A stretch of 64,000 nt of DNA from Proteobacteria bacterium SG_bin9. GTDB taxonomy: Bacteria; Pseudomonadota; Alphaproteobacteria; Rhizobiales; Xanthobacteraceae. Position numbers and translations under genes: made by a program. The stretch covers positions 26,032 to 90,031 of the forward strand of contig LWDM01000050.1 of the NCBI GenBank assembly GCA_002083525.1, given 5' to 3'. The notes under the pieces are model-generated. The model did no database searches. It had not been told where the DNA came from and worked only from the letters and a program-made list of their open reading frames with translations. How positions within the stretch are numbered: position 1 is the first letter of the stretch; each line of letters starts with the position of its first letter. Positions 47,511 to 56,611 of the stretch are shown here, piece after piece.

Positions 47511-47720
47511 TCAGCCTTCCCGCTTTGTCACTGCCTGGACTTGATCGAGCAATGCCGTGCGGCTGTAGTTCGAATGATTACTGCTGTGCGAGTTGTGCGC
47601 GGACTCGAGGTTCCCGAGATTGACCTTCGCGCGAGCAGCCACTTGTCTCAGCACCTGATTTTGAATGTGCACGAGATCTTCAAGATCGAGTTTGGACAGA
47701 TCGAGATCCTTATCAGCCAT
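47511..47720 (-). CDS. Candidate RiPP precursor peptide (69 aa)
   Basis: GGAGG lies 6-10 nt upstream of the ATG. Sequence: 'MADKDLDLSKLDLEDLVHIQNQVLRQVAARAKVNLGNLESAHNSHSSNHSNYSRTALLDQVQAVTKREG'. It has an acidic, helical leader-like N-terminus resembling FxsA-type leaders, then a His/Ser/Asn/Tyr-rich core. It is the first gene of the operon. Confidence 0.75.
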   Translation of the reverse strand: MADKDLDLSKLDLEDLVHIQNQVLRQVAARAKVNLGNLESAHNSHSSNHSNYSRTALLDQVQAVTKREG

Positions 47721-47903
47721 GACGTCCTCCCAACAAATATCGGTGAACTAAACGTATTTTCTCAGGGACGGCAGCTCGTAGAGACGGCGGCTCTTATCCT
47801 GGAGCAGACGCTGCGACACGACGCTTGGTCAATGGCAAGTTCTGGGAGGTATTCCGTCACACCATGGAAACAAATTTGAATTGATTGCGAAGACCATGAA
47901 AAT

Positions 47904-47927
47904 GCCGGCCCGAACACTCGGGCCGGC
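47904..47927. terminator. Rho-independent terminator after the aldehyde dehydrogenase gene
   Basis: 'gccggcccg aacac tcgggccggc', flanked by 'aaaat' and 'tgctttt'. On the minus strand the hairpin is followed by 'atttt', just downstream of the ALDH stop at 47958. Confidence 0.8.
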
Positions 47928-47957
47928 TGCTTTTCAACGAGAATAGTGAGTGGTGAG

Positions 47958-49388
47958 TTAAGCCGCGTTGAAGCCGGCGATCGCCTTCACTTCGAGGAAG
48001 TCCTCGAGGCCGAACTTGCCCCACTCGCGGCCGTTGCCCGACTGCTTGTAGCCGCCGAACGGCGCGGTGCGCTCGTTCGGAACGCCCTGCAGGTTGACGT
48101 TGCCGGCACGGATCTGACGGCCGACCTTGCGTGCACGTTCGACGTTGCCGGCCGAGACGTAACCGGCAAGGCCGTACGGCGTGTCGTTGGCGAGCTCAAC
48201 GGCTTCCGCTTCGTCCTTGAAGCCCATGATCGCGAGCACGGGTCCGAAGATTTCTTCGCGCGCAATCGTCATGTCCTTCGTCACGTCGGCGAAGATGGTC
48301 GGACGCACGTAGAAGCCCTTGTTGACGCCCTCCGGCAGACCCGGACCACCGGCGACAAGCGTTGCGCCTTCGTCGATGCCCTTCTGGATCAGCGCCTGGA
48401 TCTTGTCCCACTGGGTGCGGTTGACGACCGGACCGATGGTGGTGCCGTCGCCGCGCGGATCGCCGGCCTTGGTCTTGTCGGCGACCGCCTTTGCGATGGC
48501 CGCGACTTCCTTCATCTTCGCCTGCGGCACGATCATGCGCGACGGCGCGTTGCACGACTGGCCAGAGTTGTTGAACATGTGCATCACGCCGCCGGTGACG
48601 GCCTTGCCGAAATCGGCGTCTTCGAGGATCACGTTCGGCGACTTGCCGCCGAGCTCCTGGCTGACGCGCTTCACAGTGTTAGCCGCCCGCTTCGCCACGT
48701 CGATACCGGCGCGGGTCGAGCCGGTGAACGAGATCATGTCGATGCCCGGGTGCTCGCTCATCACGGCGCCGACATCGAGGCCGAGGCCGTTGATCAGGTT
48801 GAACACGCCCTTCGGCACGCCGGCTTCATGCAGGATTTCCGCGAAGATCAATGCCGAGGTCGGGGTGAATTCCGACGGCTTCAGAATCATGGTGCAGCCA
48901 GCGGCGAGCGCAGGCGCGACCTTGCAGGCGATCTGGTTGAGCGGCCAGTTCCATGGCGTGATCATGCCGACGACGCCAACCGGCTCGCGCACGACCACCG
49001 CTGACCCAATCGTCTCTTCGAAGTGGTAGCTCTTCAGCACATCGAGCGTCGAGGCGAGGTGGCCGAGGCCAGCGCCGGCTTGAAGCTTTTCCGCCATCGG
49101 CAGCGGTGCGCCCATTTCGTCGGACACGGCGGCGCCGATGTCCTTCATGCGCGACTTGTAGACCTCGATGATCTTGGCCAGCAGCGCCATGCGCTCTTCG
49201 CGCGTGGTGACGGAGAACGTTTCGAATGCGCGGCGCGCGGCGGCGACCGCCTTGTCCACGTCGGCCTTCGAGCCGACCGCGACGTCATACATCGCTTCCT
49301 CGGTTGCCGGATTAACGACCGGGACCGACTTCTTGACGGCCGGATCGACCCAGGCGCCGTCGATGTAGAATTGCATGCGATTGACCAT
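47958..49388 (-). CDS. NAD(P)-dependent aldehyde dehydrogenase
   Basis: Start at ATG 49388 with GAGGAA upstream; 476 aa. 'ELGGKSP' and catalytic 'NSGQSCNAPSR', with 'EEIFGPV'. Confidence 0.92.
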   Translation of the reverse strand: MVNRMQFYIDGAWVDPAVKKSVPVVNPATEEAMYDVAVGSKADVDKAVAAARRAFETFSVTTREERMALLAKIIEVYKSRMKDIGAAVSDEMGAPLPMAEKLQAGAGLGHLASTLDVLKSYHFEETIGSAVVVREPVGVVGMITPWNWPLNQIACKVAPALAAGCTMILKPSEFTPTSALIFAEILHEAGVPKGVFNLINGLGLDVGAVMSEHPGIDMISFTGSTRAGIDVAKRAANTVKRVSQELGGKSPNVILEDADFGKAVTGGVMHMFNNSGQSCNAPSRMIVPQAKMKEVAAIAKAVADKTKAGDPRGDGTTIGPVVNRTQWDKIQALIQKGIDEGATLVAGGPGLPEGVNKGFYVRPTIFADVTKDMTIAREEIFGPVLAIMGFKDEAEAVELANDTPYGLAGYVSAGNVERARKVGRQIRAGNVNLQGVPNERTAPFGGYKQSGNGREWGKFGLEDFLEVKAIAGFNAA

Positions 49389-49868
49389 CGTTTCCTCACT
49401 GCTTGCGACGTTGATGTCGGATGATGTGATTGTCTGCGCACCGTCTGATCCGAAAACATCTTTTCGGGGACGTGCCGCATCGGCTCGGGCGGCATCTATG
49501 CATGAATTGCGAGCGGAATGAAGCCGCAAAACTCGCACGCGGCTCCGCTTTGGAAGCCTTGAAAAATGCCGGATGCGACAGGGTGCGTGAGGTCATTCGC
49601 ACGGCGCGCGCCGACGCGATCAGCGCGGTGAGTTTTTTGCGACTTAGTGTCGCCCGCGCCACCGTCCGGAGAGTGCAAAATCTCGCGAACGCCGACGCTG
49701 CAGGCGTTTTTAGCGATCTTGTGTGCGTTGCAAAAATTCCGCCAGGCGAACCGAAGGTTCATGGCACGCAATTGTGCAAGACGGCTGGCGAAGAGTGTGC
49801 TTCGATTACGCATAACCAAATCAAGAAATGCTGGAGACGCGGCCTCGGTCGCGAAGGGAGAACGAACG

Positions 49869-50843
49869 ATGTTTCACCGCAGAACTGTAACGACCCTGTT
49901 GGCCGCGGCGGCGCTCTCGGCGATCGGCGGCGTTGCGCTCGCGCAGGAGTATCCAAGTAAGCCGGTCAACTTGATCGTGCCATGGCCCGCTGGCGGCTCG
50001 ACTGACATTTCGATGCGCGCCATCGCGGACGCGGCGTCGAAGCATCTCGGCCAGCCGATCGTCATCGACAACAGGGCGGGCGGTGGCGGCACCGTCGGCC
50101 CGGCGACGATGGCGGCAGCCGCAAAGCCCGACGGCTACACCATCTCGCAGATTCCGATCACCGTGTTCCGTCTGCCACTGATGCAGCAGGTGTCGTGGAA
50201 TGCCGACACCGACTTCAGCTACATCGTGCATCTGACGGGTTACACATTCGGCGTGACGACGAGTTCGGAGTCGCAGTTCAAGAGCTGGAAGGATGTCGTT
50301 GACTTTGCCAAGGCGAATCCTGGCAAGGTGACATACGCGACGCCGGGTGCCGGCACGTCGCTGCACATCGGTATGGAGCAGATCGCGAAAATGGCCGGCA
50401 TCAAGCTGACGCAGGTGCCGTTCAAAGGCGGTGCGGAAACCAACGCAGCCGCGCTCGGTCAGCACACCATGCTGCAGGCGGACTCGACCGGCTGGAAGCC
50501 GCTGGTCGATGCCGGCAAGCTGAAGCTCCTGATGGTGTGGACCGACAAGCGCTCGCCGAATTTCCCCGATGCGCCGACGCTGAAGGAACTCGGCTATCCG
50601 ATGGTGTACGACTCGCCGTTCGGCATCGCTGGTCCGAAGGGCATGGACCCGAAGGTCGTCGCCAAGCTGCACGATGCCTTCAAGAAGGCGATCGAGGATC
50701 CCGCCGTGATCGCGACGCTCGCGAAGTACGACATGGTGCCGAACTACAAGAGCACCGAGGACTACAAGAAGTTCGTCGCCGAGGTGACCGAGTCGGAGCG
50801 TCAGGTGGTTGACTCAATCGGCCTGTCGAAGAAGACGAACTGA
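49869..50843 (+). CDS. Bug/TctC family substrate-binding protein (paralogue 1)
   Basis: Internal ATG gives a signal peptide 'MFHRRTVTTLLAAAALSAIGGVALA', followed by 'YPSKPVNLIVPWPAGGSTD'; 324 aa. Confidence 0.9.
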   Translation: MFHRRTVTTLLAAAALSAIGGVALAQEYPSKPVNLIVPWPAGGSTDISMRAIADAASKHLGQPIVIDNRAGGGGTVGPATMAAAAKPDGYTISQIPITVFRLPLMQQVSWNADTDFSYIVHLTGYTFGVTTSSESQFKSWKDVVDFAKANPGKVTYATPGAGTSLHIGMEQIAKMAGIKLTQVPFKGGAETNAAALGQHTMLQADSTGWKPLVDAGKLKLLMVWTDKRSPNFPDAPTLKELGYPMVYDSPFGIAGPKGMDPKVVAKLHDAFKKAIEDPAVIATLAKYDMVPNYKSTEDYKKFVAEVTESERQVVDSIGLSKKTN

Positions 50844-51008
50844 TCTGACGTCTATTGGGACGCGTGCGGCGCTCGCGCTGCTGCACGTGGTCCGGTTTCG
50901 TCACACGAACCGCACGACTTTGCTCGCGCTGCTTTTTCGAACACAATGCGCGGGCAATAAGAAGGTCGGGTGCTGCGCCTCACCGATCCGGCAAGGGAGG
51001 ATGTCAGC

Positions 51009-51983
51009 ATGCTTCATCGCCGTATGAAAACGCTCGCCGTCGCTGCTGCTTGTCTGGCTGTGACGGTTGCGAGCGCGCGTGCCCAGGACTTTCCGAGCAA
51101 ACCCATCACGCTGATCGTGCCCTGGGTCGCCGGCGGTTCGACCGACATCGCGCTGCGTGCGATCGCCGATGTCGCCGCCAAGCATCTCGGCCAGCCGATC
51201 GTCATCGATAACCGCGCCGGCGGCAGCGGAACGATCGGCCCGGCGATCATGGCGGCGACCGCGAAGCCCGACGGCTACACCATCTCGCAGATTCCGATCA
51301 CAGTGTTTCGTCTACCGTTGATGCAGGACGTCACGTGGAATGCCGAGAAGGACTTCACCTATATCGTGCATCTCACCGGTTACACCTTCGGCATCACCAC
51401 GAACAATGAGACGCCGTTCAAGACCTGGCAGGACGTGGTCGCCTACGCCAAGGCCAATCCCGGCAAGGTGACGTATTCGACCTCCGGCGCCGGCGGCTCG
51501 CCACATATCGGCATGGAGCAGATCGCCGCCCACAGTGGCATCGCCTTGCGGCACGTGCCGTTCAAGGGATCGGCCGAAGCACTCACCGCTGTGCTCGGCA
51601 ATCACACCATGCTGCAGGTGTCGTCCACCGGATGGAAGCAGCAGGTCGAGGCGGGCAATCTCAAACTGCTGATGGTGTGGACCGAGAAGCGCGCCAAGTA
51701 TTTTCCGGACGTGCCGACGCTGAAGGAGCTCGGCTATCCGTTCGTATTCGATTCGCCCTATGGCGTTGCCGGTCCGAAGGGCATGGACCCGAAGATCGTC
51801 GCGAAACTACACGATGCCTTCAAGAAGGCGATCGAGGACCCCGCCGTGCTCGACATGCTCGACAAGTACGAGATGGTGGCGAACTACAAGAACACCGAAG
51901 ACTACAAGGCGTTCGTGAAAGAACAGATCGAGGCCGAGCGAAAGGTCGTAACGACCGTCGGTCTTGCGAAGAAGTCGAACTGA
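51009..51983 (+). CDS. Bug/TctC family substrate-binding protein (paralogue 2)
   Basis: Signal peptide 'MLHRRMKTLAVAAACLAVTVASARA'; 324 aa, colinear with paralogue 1 and roughly 70% identical by eye. Confidence 0.9.
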   Translation: MLHRRMKTLAVAAACLAVTVASARAQDFPSKPITLIVPWVAGGSTDIALRAIADVAAKHLGQPIVIDNRAGGSGTIGPAIMAATAKPDGYTISQIPITVFRLPLMQDVTWNAEKDFTYIVHLTGYTFGITTNNETPFKTWQDVVAYAKANPGKVTYSTSGAGGSPHIGMEQIAAHSGIALRHVPFKGSAEALTAVLGNHTMLQVSSTGWKQQVEAGNLKLLMVWTEKRAKYFPDVPTLKELGYPFVFDSPYGVAGPKGMDPKIVAKLHDAFKKAIEDPAVLDMLDKYEMVANYKNTEDYKAFVKEQIEAERKVVTTVGLAKKSN

Positions 51984-52481
51984 GTGGGGATGGGGATGAG
52001 CGAGCAGACGAGGACCGGATTCCGGCTCGACAATTCGGAACTGTGGGGCGGTCTGATCGGGCTCGCGCTCGGCGCGTTCGTGATCTGGTCCGGTGTGAAG
52101 TTCAACATCGGTACCATCAACGACCCGGGCTCCGGCTTCGTGTTGTTCTACACCGGCATTCTGATGTGCCTGTTTTCCGGCTCGATCACGTTGGCTTCCC
52201 TGACCGAAGGCGGGCCGAGCCTTCGCTCGCTGTGGGCGGGTACGCGCTGGACCAAGACGGTGATCGTGATCGCGGGCCTTGCGGTGTTTGCGTTTTCGTT
52301 CGACCGGCTGGGTTTCCTGCTGGCGTCGATTCCGTTGATGCTGTTTCTGCTGCGCGCCATCGATCCGGTGCGCTGGACGGTGGCGATCCCGCTCGCGGTG
52401 CTGGTGCCGCTCGGCTCGTGGTGGGTGCTGAAGCGCCTGCTGCTCATCCAGTTGCCGTCAGGCATGTTCGGTATCGGCTGA
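51984..52481 (+). CDS. tctB: Tripartite tricarboxylate transporter small membrane subunit TctB
   Basis: About 160 aa with 4 TM helices, located between the SBP and TctA. The start is uncertain (GTG 51984 or ATG 51990/51996). Confidence 0.8.
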   Translation: MGMGMSEQTRTGFRLDNSELWGGLIGLALGAFVIWSGVKFNIGTINDPGSGFVLFYTGILMCLFSGSITLASLTEGGPSLRSLWAGTRWTKTVIVIAGLAVFAFSFDRLGFLLASIPLMLFLLRAIDPVRWTVAIPLAVLVPLGSWWVLKRLLLIQLPSGMFGIG

Positions 52482-52494
52482 CGGGATCGCGCCA

Positions 52495-54018
52495 ATGGAT
52501 GTTGTTCTTGCCAACGTAGCCCAAGGCCTCGGCGTCGCGCTGCAGCCCGTCAATGTCCTCTACTGTTTCATCGGCGTGTTCATCGGCACGCTGGTCGGTG
52601 TGCTGCCCGGCATTGGCCCGATCTCGGCGATGTCGCTGCTGCTGCCGGTCACGCTCTCCGGCACGCCCGAGTCCGGCATCATCATGATGGCTGGCATTTA
52701 CTATGGCTCGATGTACGGCGGATCGACCACGTCGATCCTCGTCAATATTCCGGGCGAGGCCGCCTCGGTCGTGACATGTCTCGACGGCCACCAGATGGCG
52801 AAGCAGGGCCGCGCGGGTCCGGCACTCGGCATCTCGGCGCTCGGGTCGTTCATCGCCGGCACGTTCGCGCTGGTCGCGCTGATGTTCATCGCGCCGTCGC
52901 TGGCAAGCGTCGCCGTCCGCTTCGGACCCGCCGAATACTTCAGTCTGATGGTGCTCGGCCTCGTCGTGTTGACCTTCCTGACCCAGGGCTCGATGGCGAA
53001 GGCGCTGTTCATGGCCTGCATCGGCGTCGTCCTCGGCTTGATCGGCCTCGACAGCATCAACGCGACGCCGCGTCTCACCTTCGGCCGCATCGAGTTGATC
53101 GACGGCATCGGCCTCGTGCCGGTGGTGATGGGACTGTTCGGCGTCGCCGAGGTCTTGAGCAACATCGAGCAGGTCATCAAGCGTGACGTGCTGACAACGA
53201 AGATTTCGCAGCTGCTGCCGAATAAAGAAGACTGGAAGGCGAGCGCAGGACCGATTTCGCGCGGCACGTTGCTCGGCTTCTTCCTCGGCATTCTGCCGGG
53301 CGGCGGCGCCGTGGTGGCATCGTTCGCGTCCTATGCGCTTGAGAAGCGTCTGTCGAAAACGCCGGAGCGCTTCGGCAAGGGCGCGATCGAGGGCGTGGCC
53401 GCACCGGAAGCTGCGAACAACGCGGCCGCCGGCGGGGCGTTCATTCCGCTGATGACGCTCGGCATTCCGCCGAACGTGGTGATGGCGCTGCTGCTCGGCG
53501 CATTCGTCATTCACGGCCTGCAACCCGGGCCGCTGATGATCACTCAGAATCCGCAGCTGTTCTGGGGCATCATTGCCAGCATGTACATCGGCAACGTGAT
53601 GCTGCTGGTGTTGAACTTGCCGCTGATCGGCATGTGGGTGCAGCTGCTGAAACTGCCCTACAACGTGCTGTTCCCGCTGATCATCCTGTTCACGATCATC
53701 GGCGTCTACTGCTCGAGCAACAACGTGTTCGACGTCTATGTCATGATTGCGTTCGGTGTGTTCGGCTACCTGATGCGTAAACTCGGCTACGAACCGGCGC
53801 CGCTGGTGCTGGCCTTCGTGCTCGGCCCGATGCTGGAGAATAATTTACGCAAGGCGCTGATCCTGTCGCAGGGCGATCTGACGACCTTCATCCTGCCGCT
53901 GAAATTGCGCTGGATCTCGGCTCTCTGTCTGGCGATGGCCTTTATTCTGCTGATCACGCCGCTGTTGCCGGCGCTGCGCAAGAAGCGCGAGATGGTCGCA
54001 CTGGACGAAGGCGCCTAG
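52495..54018 (+). CDS. tctA: Tripartite tricarboxylate transporter large permease TctA
   Basis: 507 aa, polytopic, with 'GVLPGIGP', '[15 protein letters not shown]' and 'GILPGGGA'. Confidence 0.92.
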   Translation: MDVVLANVAQGLGVALQPVNVLYCFIGVFIGTLVGVLPGIGPISAMSLLLPVTLSGTPESGIIMMAGIYYGSMYGGSTTSILVNIPGEAASVVTCLDGHQMAKQGRAGPALGISALGSFIAGTFALVALMFIAPSLASVAVRFGPAEYFSLMVLGLVVLTFLTQGSMAKALFMACIGVVLGLIGLDSINATPRLTFGRIELIDGIGLVPVVMGLFGVAEVLSNIEQVIKRDVLTTKISQLLPNKEDWKASAGPISRGTLLGFFLGILPGGGAVVASFASYALEKRLSKTPERFGKGAIEGVAAPEAANNAAAGGAFIPLMTLGIPPNVVMALLLGAFVIHGLQPGPLMITQNPQLFWGIIASMYIGNVMLLVLNLPLIGMWVQLLKLPYNVLFPLIILFTIIGVYCSSNNVFDVYVMIAFGVFGYLMRKLGYEPAPLVLAFVLGPMLENNLRKALILSQGDLTTFILPLKLRWISALCLAMAFILLITPLLPALRKKREMVALDEGA

Positions 54019-54719
54019 TTAACGCGTTTTTTAACCAGGCCATCGTAGTCGGCGCTGTTGAGCATCGGCAGCATCGGCGCTCTGTCCAGCGTAAGAATGC
54101 GCTCGCGATAGCGCCACAGCTCATCGGTCCGGGCCTCGGTGCTGATCCGGCTCGGGCCATACACGACGAACGGCTCGATCACCGTGAAGCCGCAAAAAGC
54201 GAAAATGCCGCGGTGGATCGGAAACAGCACGTCGTTGATGGGCGCGTAGACGCCGATGTCCGAATAGACCGGCTGTGGCCCGCCGACGGTGACCGAGCAC
54301 ATCGCGCGTTTTCCCGCGAATACGCCGCCGTCGAACCAGCGTCCGCCGCCGTAGGCGCGACCGACCGCGAACACACGATCGACCCAGCCTTTCAGGATCG
54401 CCGGCAGACCAAGCCACCAGATCGGAAACTGGAAGATCATCACGTCGCACCAGGCGACCTTGTCCATTTCGGCCTGCAGCTCCGCGACGTAGCCTTTGTT
54501 GGCGCTGGCATGGCTTTCTTCCGCTTGTTGCTTCAGCACTGCGCTGTCGGCAACGGTCGTGAAGTTGCGCCGATCCGATACCGGGTCGAACTGCATCGCA
54601 TGAAGGTCTGACACGACAACCTCGTGCTCTGCGTCAGTCAGTGCGGTGACCGCCTCGCGCGTCATCGCGCTGTTGAAGCTTGTAGGCTCGTGGTGGGCAT
54701 GAACGATCAGGACGCGCAT
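54015..54719 (-). CDS. NAD(P)H-dependent quinone oxidoreductase, flavodoxin-like fold (NQO1/MdaB-like)
   Basis: 'MRVLIVHAHHEPTSFN' and 'FQFPIWWLGLPAILKGWVDRV'. Its stop overlaps the convergent tctA stop by 4 nt. Confidence 0.85.
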   Translation of the reverse strand: MRVLIVHAHHEPTSFNSAMTREAVTALTDAEHEVVVSDLHAMQFDPVSDRRNFTTVADSAVLKQQAEESHASANKGYVAELQAEMDKVAWCDVMIFQFPIWWLGLPAILKGWVDRVFAVGRAYGGGRWFDGGVFAGKRAMCSVTVGGPQPVYSDIGVYAPINDVLFPIHRGIFAFCGFTVIEPFVVYGPSRISTEARTDELWRYRERILTLDRAPMLPMLNSADYDGLVKKRVN

Positions 54720-54862
54720 CGGGGCACTCTCGTGGAATGCACTGCTTGTCGCGAACGGGGCTTCGTTCGGCCATACACTGTTGCGTGAGAAAACCGGGCA
54801 CAGAACGGTGCCTTAGTACAAAAAGAGATCTGGGCACAGTTAAGGTCGGGACAGCGACGGTC

Positions 54863-55774
54863 TCAGCCGGCGGCTTGGTCGTAGATTGCGGAGCCGAAAT
54901 TACAGGTGCGGCGGATGCAGGCGAGCACGAAGTCTTCGGCCGGCGTGATGCGGGCACGGCGGCGCATGGCGACATATTCGATCGGCGGCAATTGCGGCTC
55001 GGTGGTGACGATCCGCAATTGCTTGCTTCGCAGCAGTGGGCGGGCTGCGTCGATCGGCAGGTAGCTGACGCCGAGGCCCGATGCGGTCAATCCGAGCAGC
55101 GCGATCAGGCTGTTGCTCGACAGCGTTTTCGAGAACGACAGGCCCTCGTTCTCGAACCAGCGGCGATAGATGCGGCCGGAGCCGGAGCGATTGTCCTGCG
55201 TCAGGACGGTGAAGGTGTTGAGCGTTGCCAGCGCGACACGGCCGCGCGGCACCTTCAGGTGCGGACTGCACATCCAGGCGTTGGCGGCTTGTCCCACCTG
55301 GACGGCTTCGAGCTTCGGATCACGGAAAGCGTCGGGCACGACGATCATGTCGACCGAATCATCGAGAAGCCGCGTCAGCAGCGTCTCACTGGACTCGACC
55401 TCCGGCCAGAGTTCGATGCCGGAGTCGCTGTCGCGGACCATCGCGACAAGCCGCGGCAGCCACGTCAGCGCCGTAAGTTCGGTGACGCCGAGTCGTAACC
55501 TGCGGCTGGCGCTGTCCTTCGATTTCATCAAAGCGCGCAGGCGATCGTGCAGAGCGAGAATGTCTGCGCCGACCGCAAGAACGGCCTGCCCGTGCGCGGT
55601 TAATCTGGCGCTGCGGCGGCTGCGATCGAACAGTGGCGCGCGCGACTCTTTTTCGAGCTCCTGCACCCGCTTCGAGATCGCCGACTGCGTCGTGTTGAGC
55701 TTGCGGGCCGCGCGTTCGAAGCTGCCGAGTTGATCGATCCAGTAGAGCGCTTCGAGTTGAGTGAACGACGGCAT
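54863..55774 (-). CDS. LysR family transcriptional regulator
   Basis: 'FTQLEALYWIDQLGSFERAARKLNTTQSAISKRVQELE'. It is divergent from the RraA-like gene. Start taken at the internal ATG; the track start is 55792. Confidence 0.88.
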   Translation of the reverse strand: MPSFTQLEALYWIDQLGSFERAARKLNTTQSAISKRVQELEKESRAPLFDRSRRSARLTAHGQAVLAVGADILALHDRLRALMKSKDSASRRLRLGVTELTALTWLPRLVAMVRDSDSGIELWPEVESSETLLTRLLDDSVDMIVVPDAFRDPKLEAVQVGQAANAWMCSPHLKVPRGRVALATLNTFTVLTQDNRSGSGRIYRRWFENEGLSFSKTLSSNSLIALLGLTASGLGVSYLPIDAARPLLRSKQLRIVTTEPQLPPIEYVAMRRRARITPAEDFVLACIRRTCNFGSAIYDQAAG

Positions 55775-55895
55775 GACGGACAGCCAAATCATCTAGTTTA
55801 GGAATGTAAATTTAGTCATTTAAATCGCTTTTCGTCCAGCAATAGTTCCGTCAGGCTGTGTCCAAAGGAAGGTCGGTCGGACCTGCAATGAGGAC

Positions 55896-56567
55896 ATGCG
55901 TATGTTGACCAGCACAACACCGGTTCTTTCGGCGGCGGGACTCCGGTTTGAGGAGATGATCGCGTTCGGCAGCGCGACGTTGCACGAAGCGCAGGGTCAA
56001 ACCGGTGCAATGACAGGACTCATTCGTCCGCTGGGGGAGGCGATGCGGCTTGCGGGCCCGGCCTTCACCGTCTCGGCGCATCCGGGCGACAACCTGGTGA
56101 TCCACTACGCCATCGCCCGGGCGCCTGCAGGATCGGTGCTGGTGGTCGATGCCGGTGGTTTCCTCGAAGCCGGTGTCTGGGGCGATATCCTGACCGACGC
56201 CGCCAAGGCGCGCGGGCTGATCGGTCTCGTCGTCGATGGCGCAGTTCGCGATGTCGAAGCCATTTGCGCAATCGGATTCCCAGTGTTCGCCCGTGGCGTC
56301 TCGATCAAAGGGCCCGGCAAGAACTACGGCGGTGAAATCGGCCGTACCATTTCGTGCGGTGGAGCTGTCGTACGCAACGGCGATATCATCGTCGGCGATC
56401 GCGACGGCGTCGTCGTGCTTGATGCGGACCGCATCGATGAGACGCTGCAGCGTGCGGAGGCAAGAACGGCGAAAGAGGCGGGCGTGCGTCAGGCGATCCG
56501 CGAAGGCCGTACCACGGTTGAGCTGATGAATCTGTCGCCGCTGCTCGAGCGCGTCGGGCTGACATAA
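55896..56567 (+). CDS. RraA family protein (4-hydroxy-4-methyl-2-oxoglutarate aldolase / oxaloacetate decarboxylase-like)
   Basis: 'GDNLVIHYAIARAPAGSVLVVDAGG', 'WGDILTDAAKARGLIGLVVDGAVRD' and 'GFPVFARG'. Confidence 0.85.
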   Translation: MRMLTSTTPVLSAAGLRFEEMIAFGSATLHEAQGQTGAMTGLIRPLGEAMRLAGPAFTVSAHPGDNLVIHYAIARAPAGSVLVVDAGGFLEAGVWGDILTDAAKARGLIGLVVDGAVRDVEAICAIGFPVFARGVSIKGPGKNYGGEIGRTISCGGAVVRNGDIIVGDRDGVVVLDADRIDETLQRAEARTAKEAGVRQAIREGRTTVELMNLSPLLERVGLT

Positions 56568-56611
56568 CAAACGGGTTTACATAACAAACAAGGAATGGGG
56601 AGGAATTTGCC

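Noticed and set aside
47541-47879. 112-aa + strand ORF opposite the candidate precursor peptide gene.
   Set aside because: It has no RBS and an odd composition. The minus-strand 69-aa ORF has a strong GGAGG, an operon context and a leader/core organisation.
49389-49868. ORFs in the long divergent ALDH/Bug intergenic region (49496..49819 (-), 49430..49960 (+)) as real small genes.
   Set aside because: They have no RBS and no motifs, and their composition is unlike local genes. The region contains a degenerate family B repeat and is most simply a divergent promoter region.
54015-54018. Convergent stop-codon overlaps (tctA with the NQO-like gene here, and the secreted protein with ampG at 16440..16443) as regulatory antisense overlaps.
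   Set aside because: Overlaps of 4 nt between convergent genes are common in compact high-GC genomes, and nothing else supports a regulatory function.
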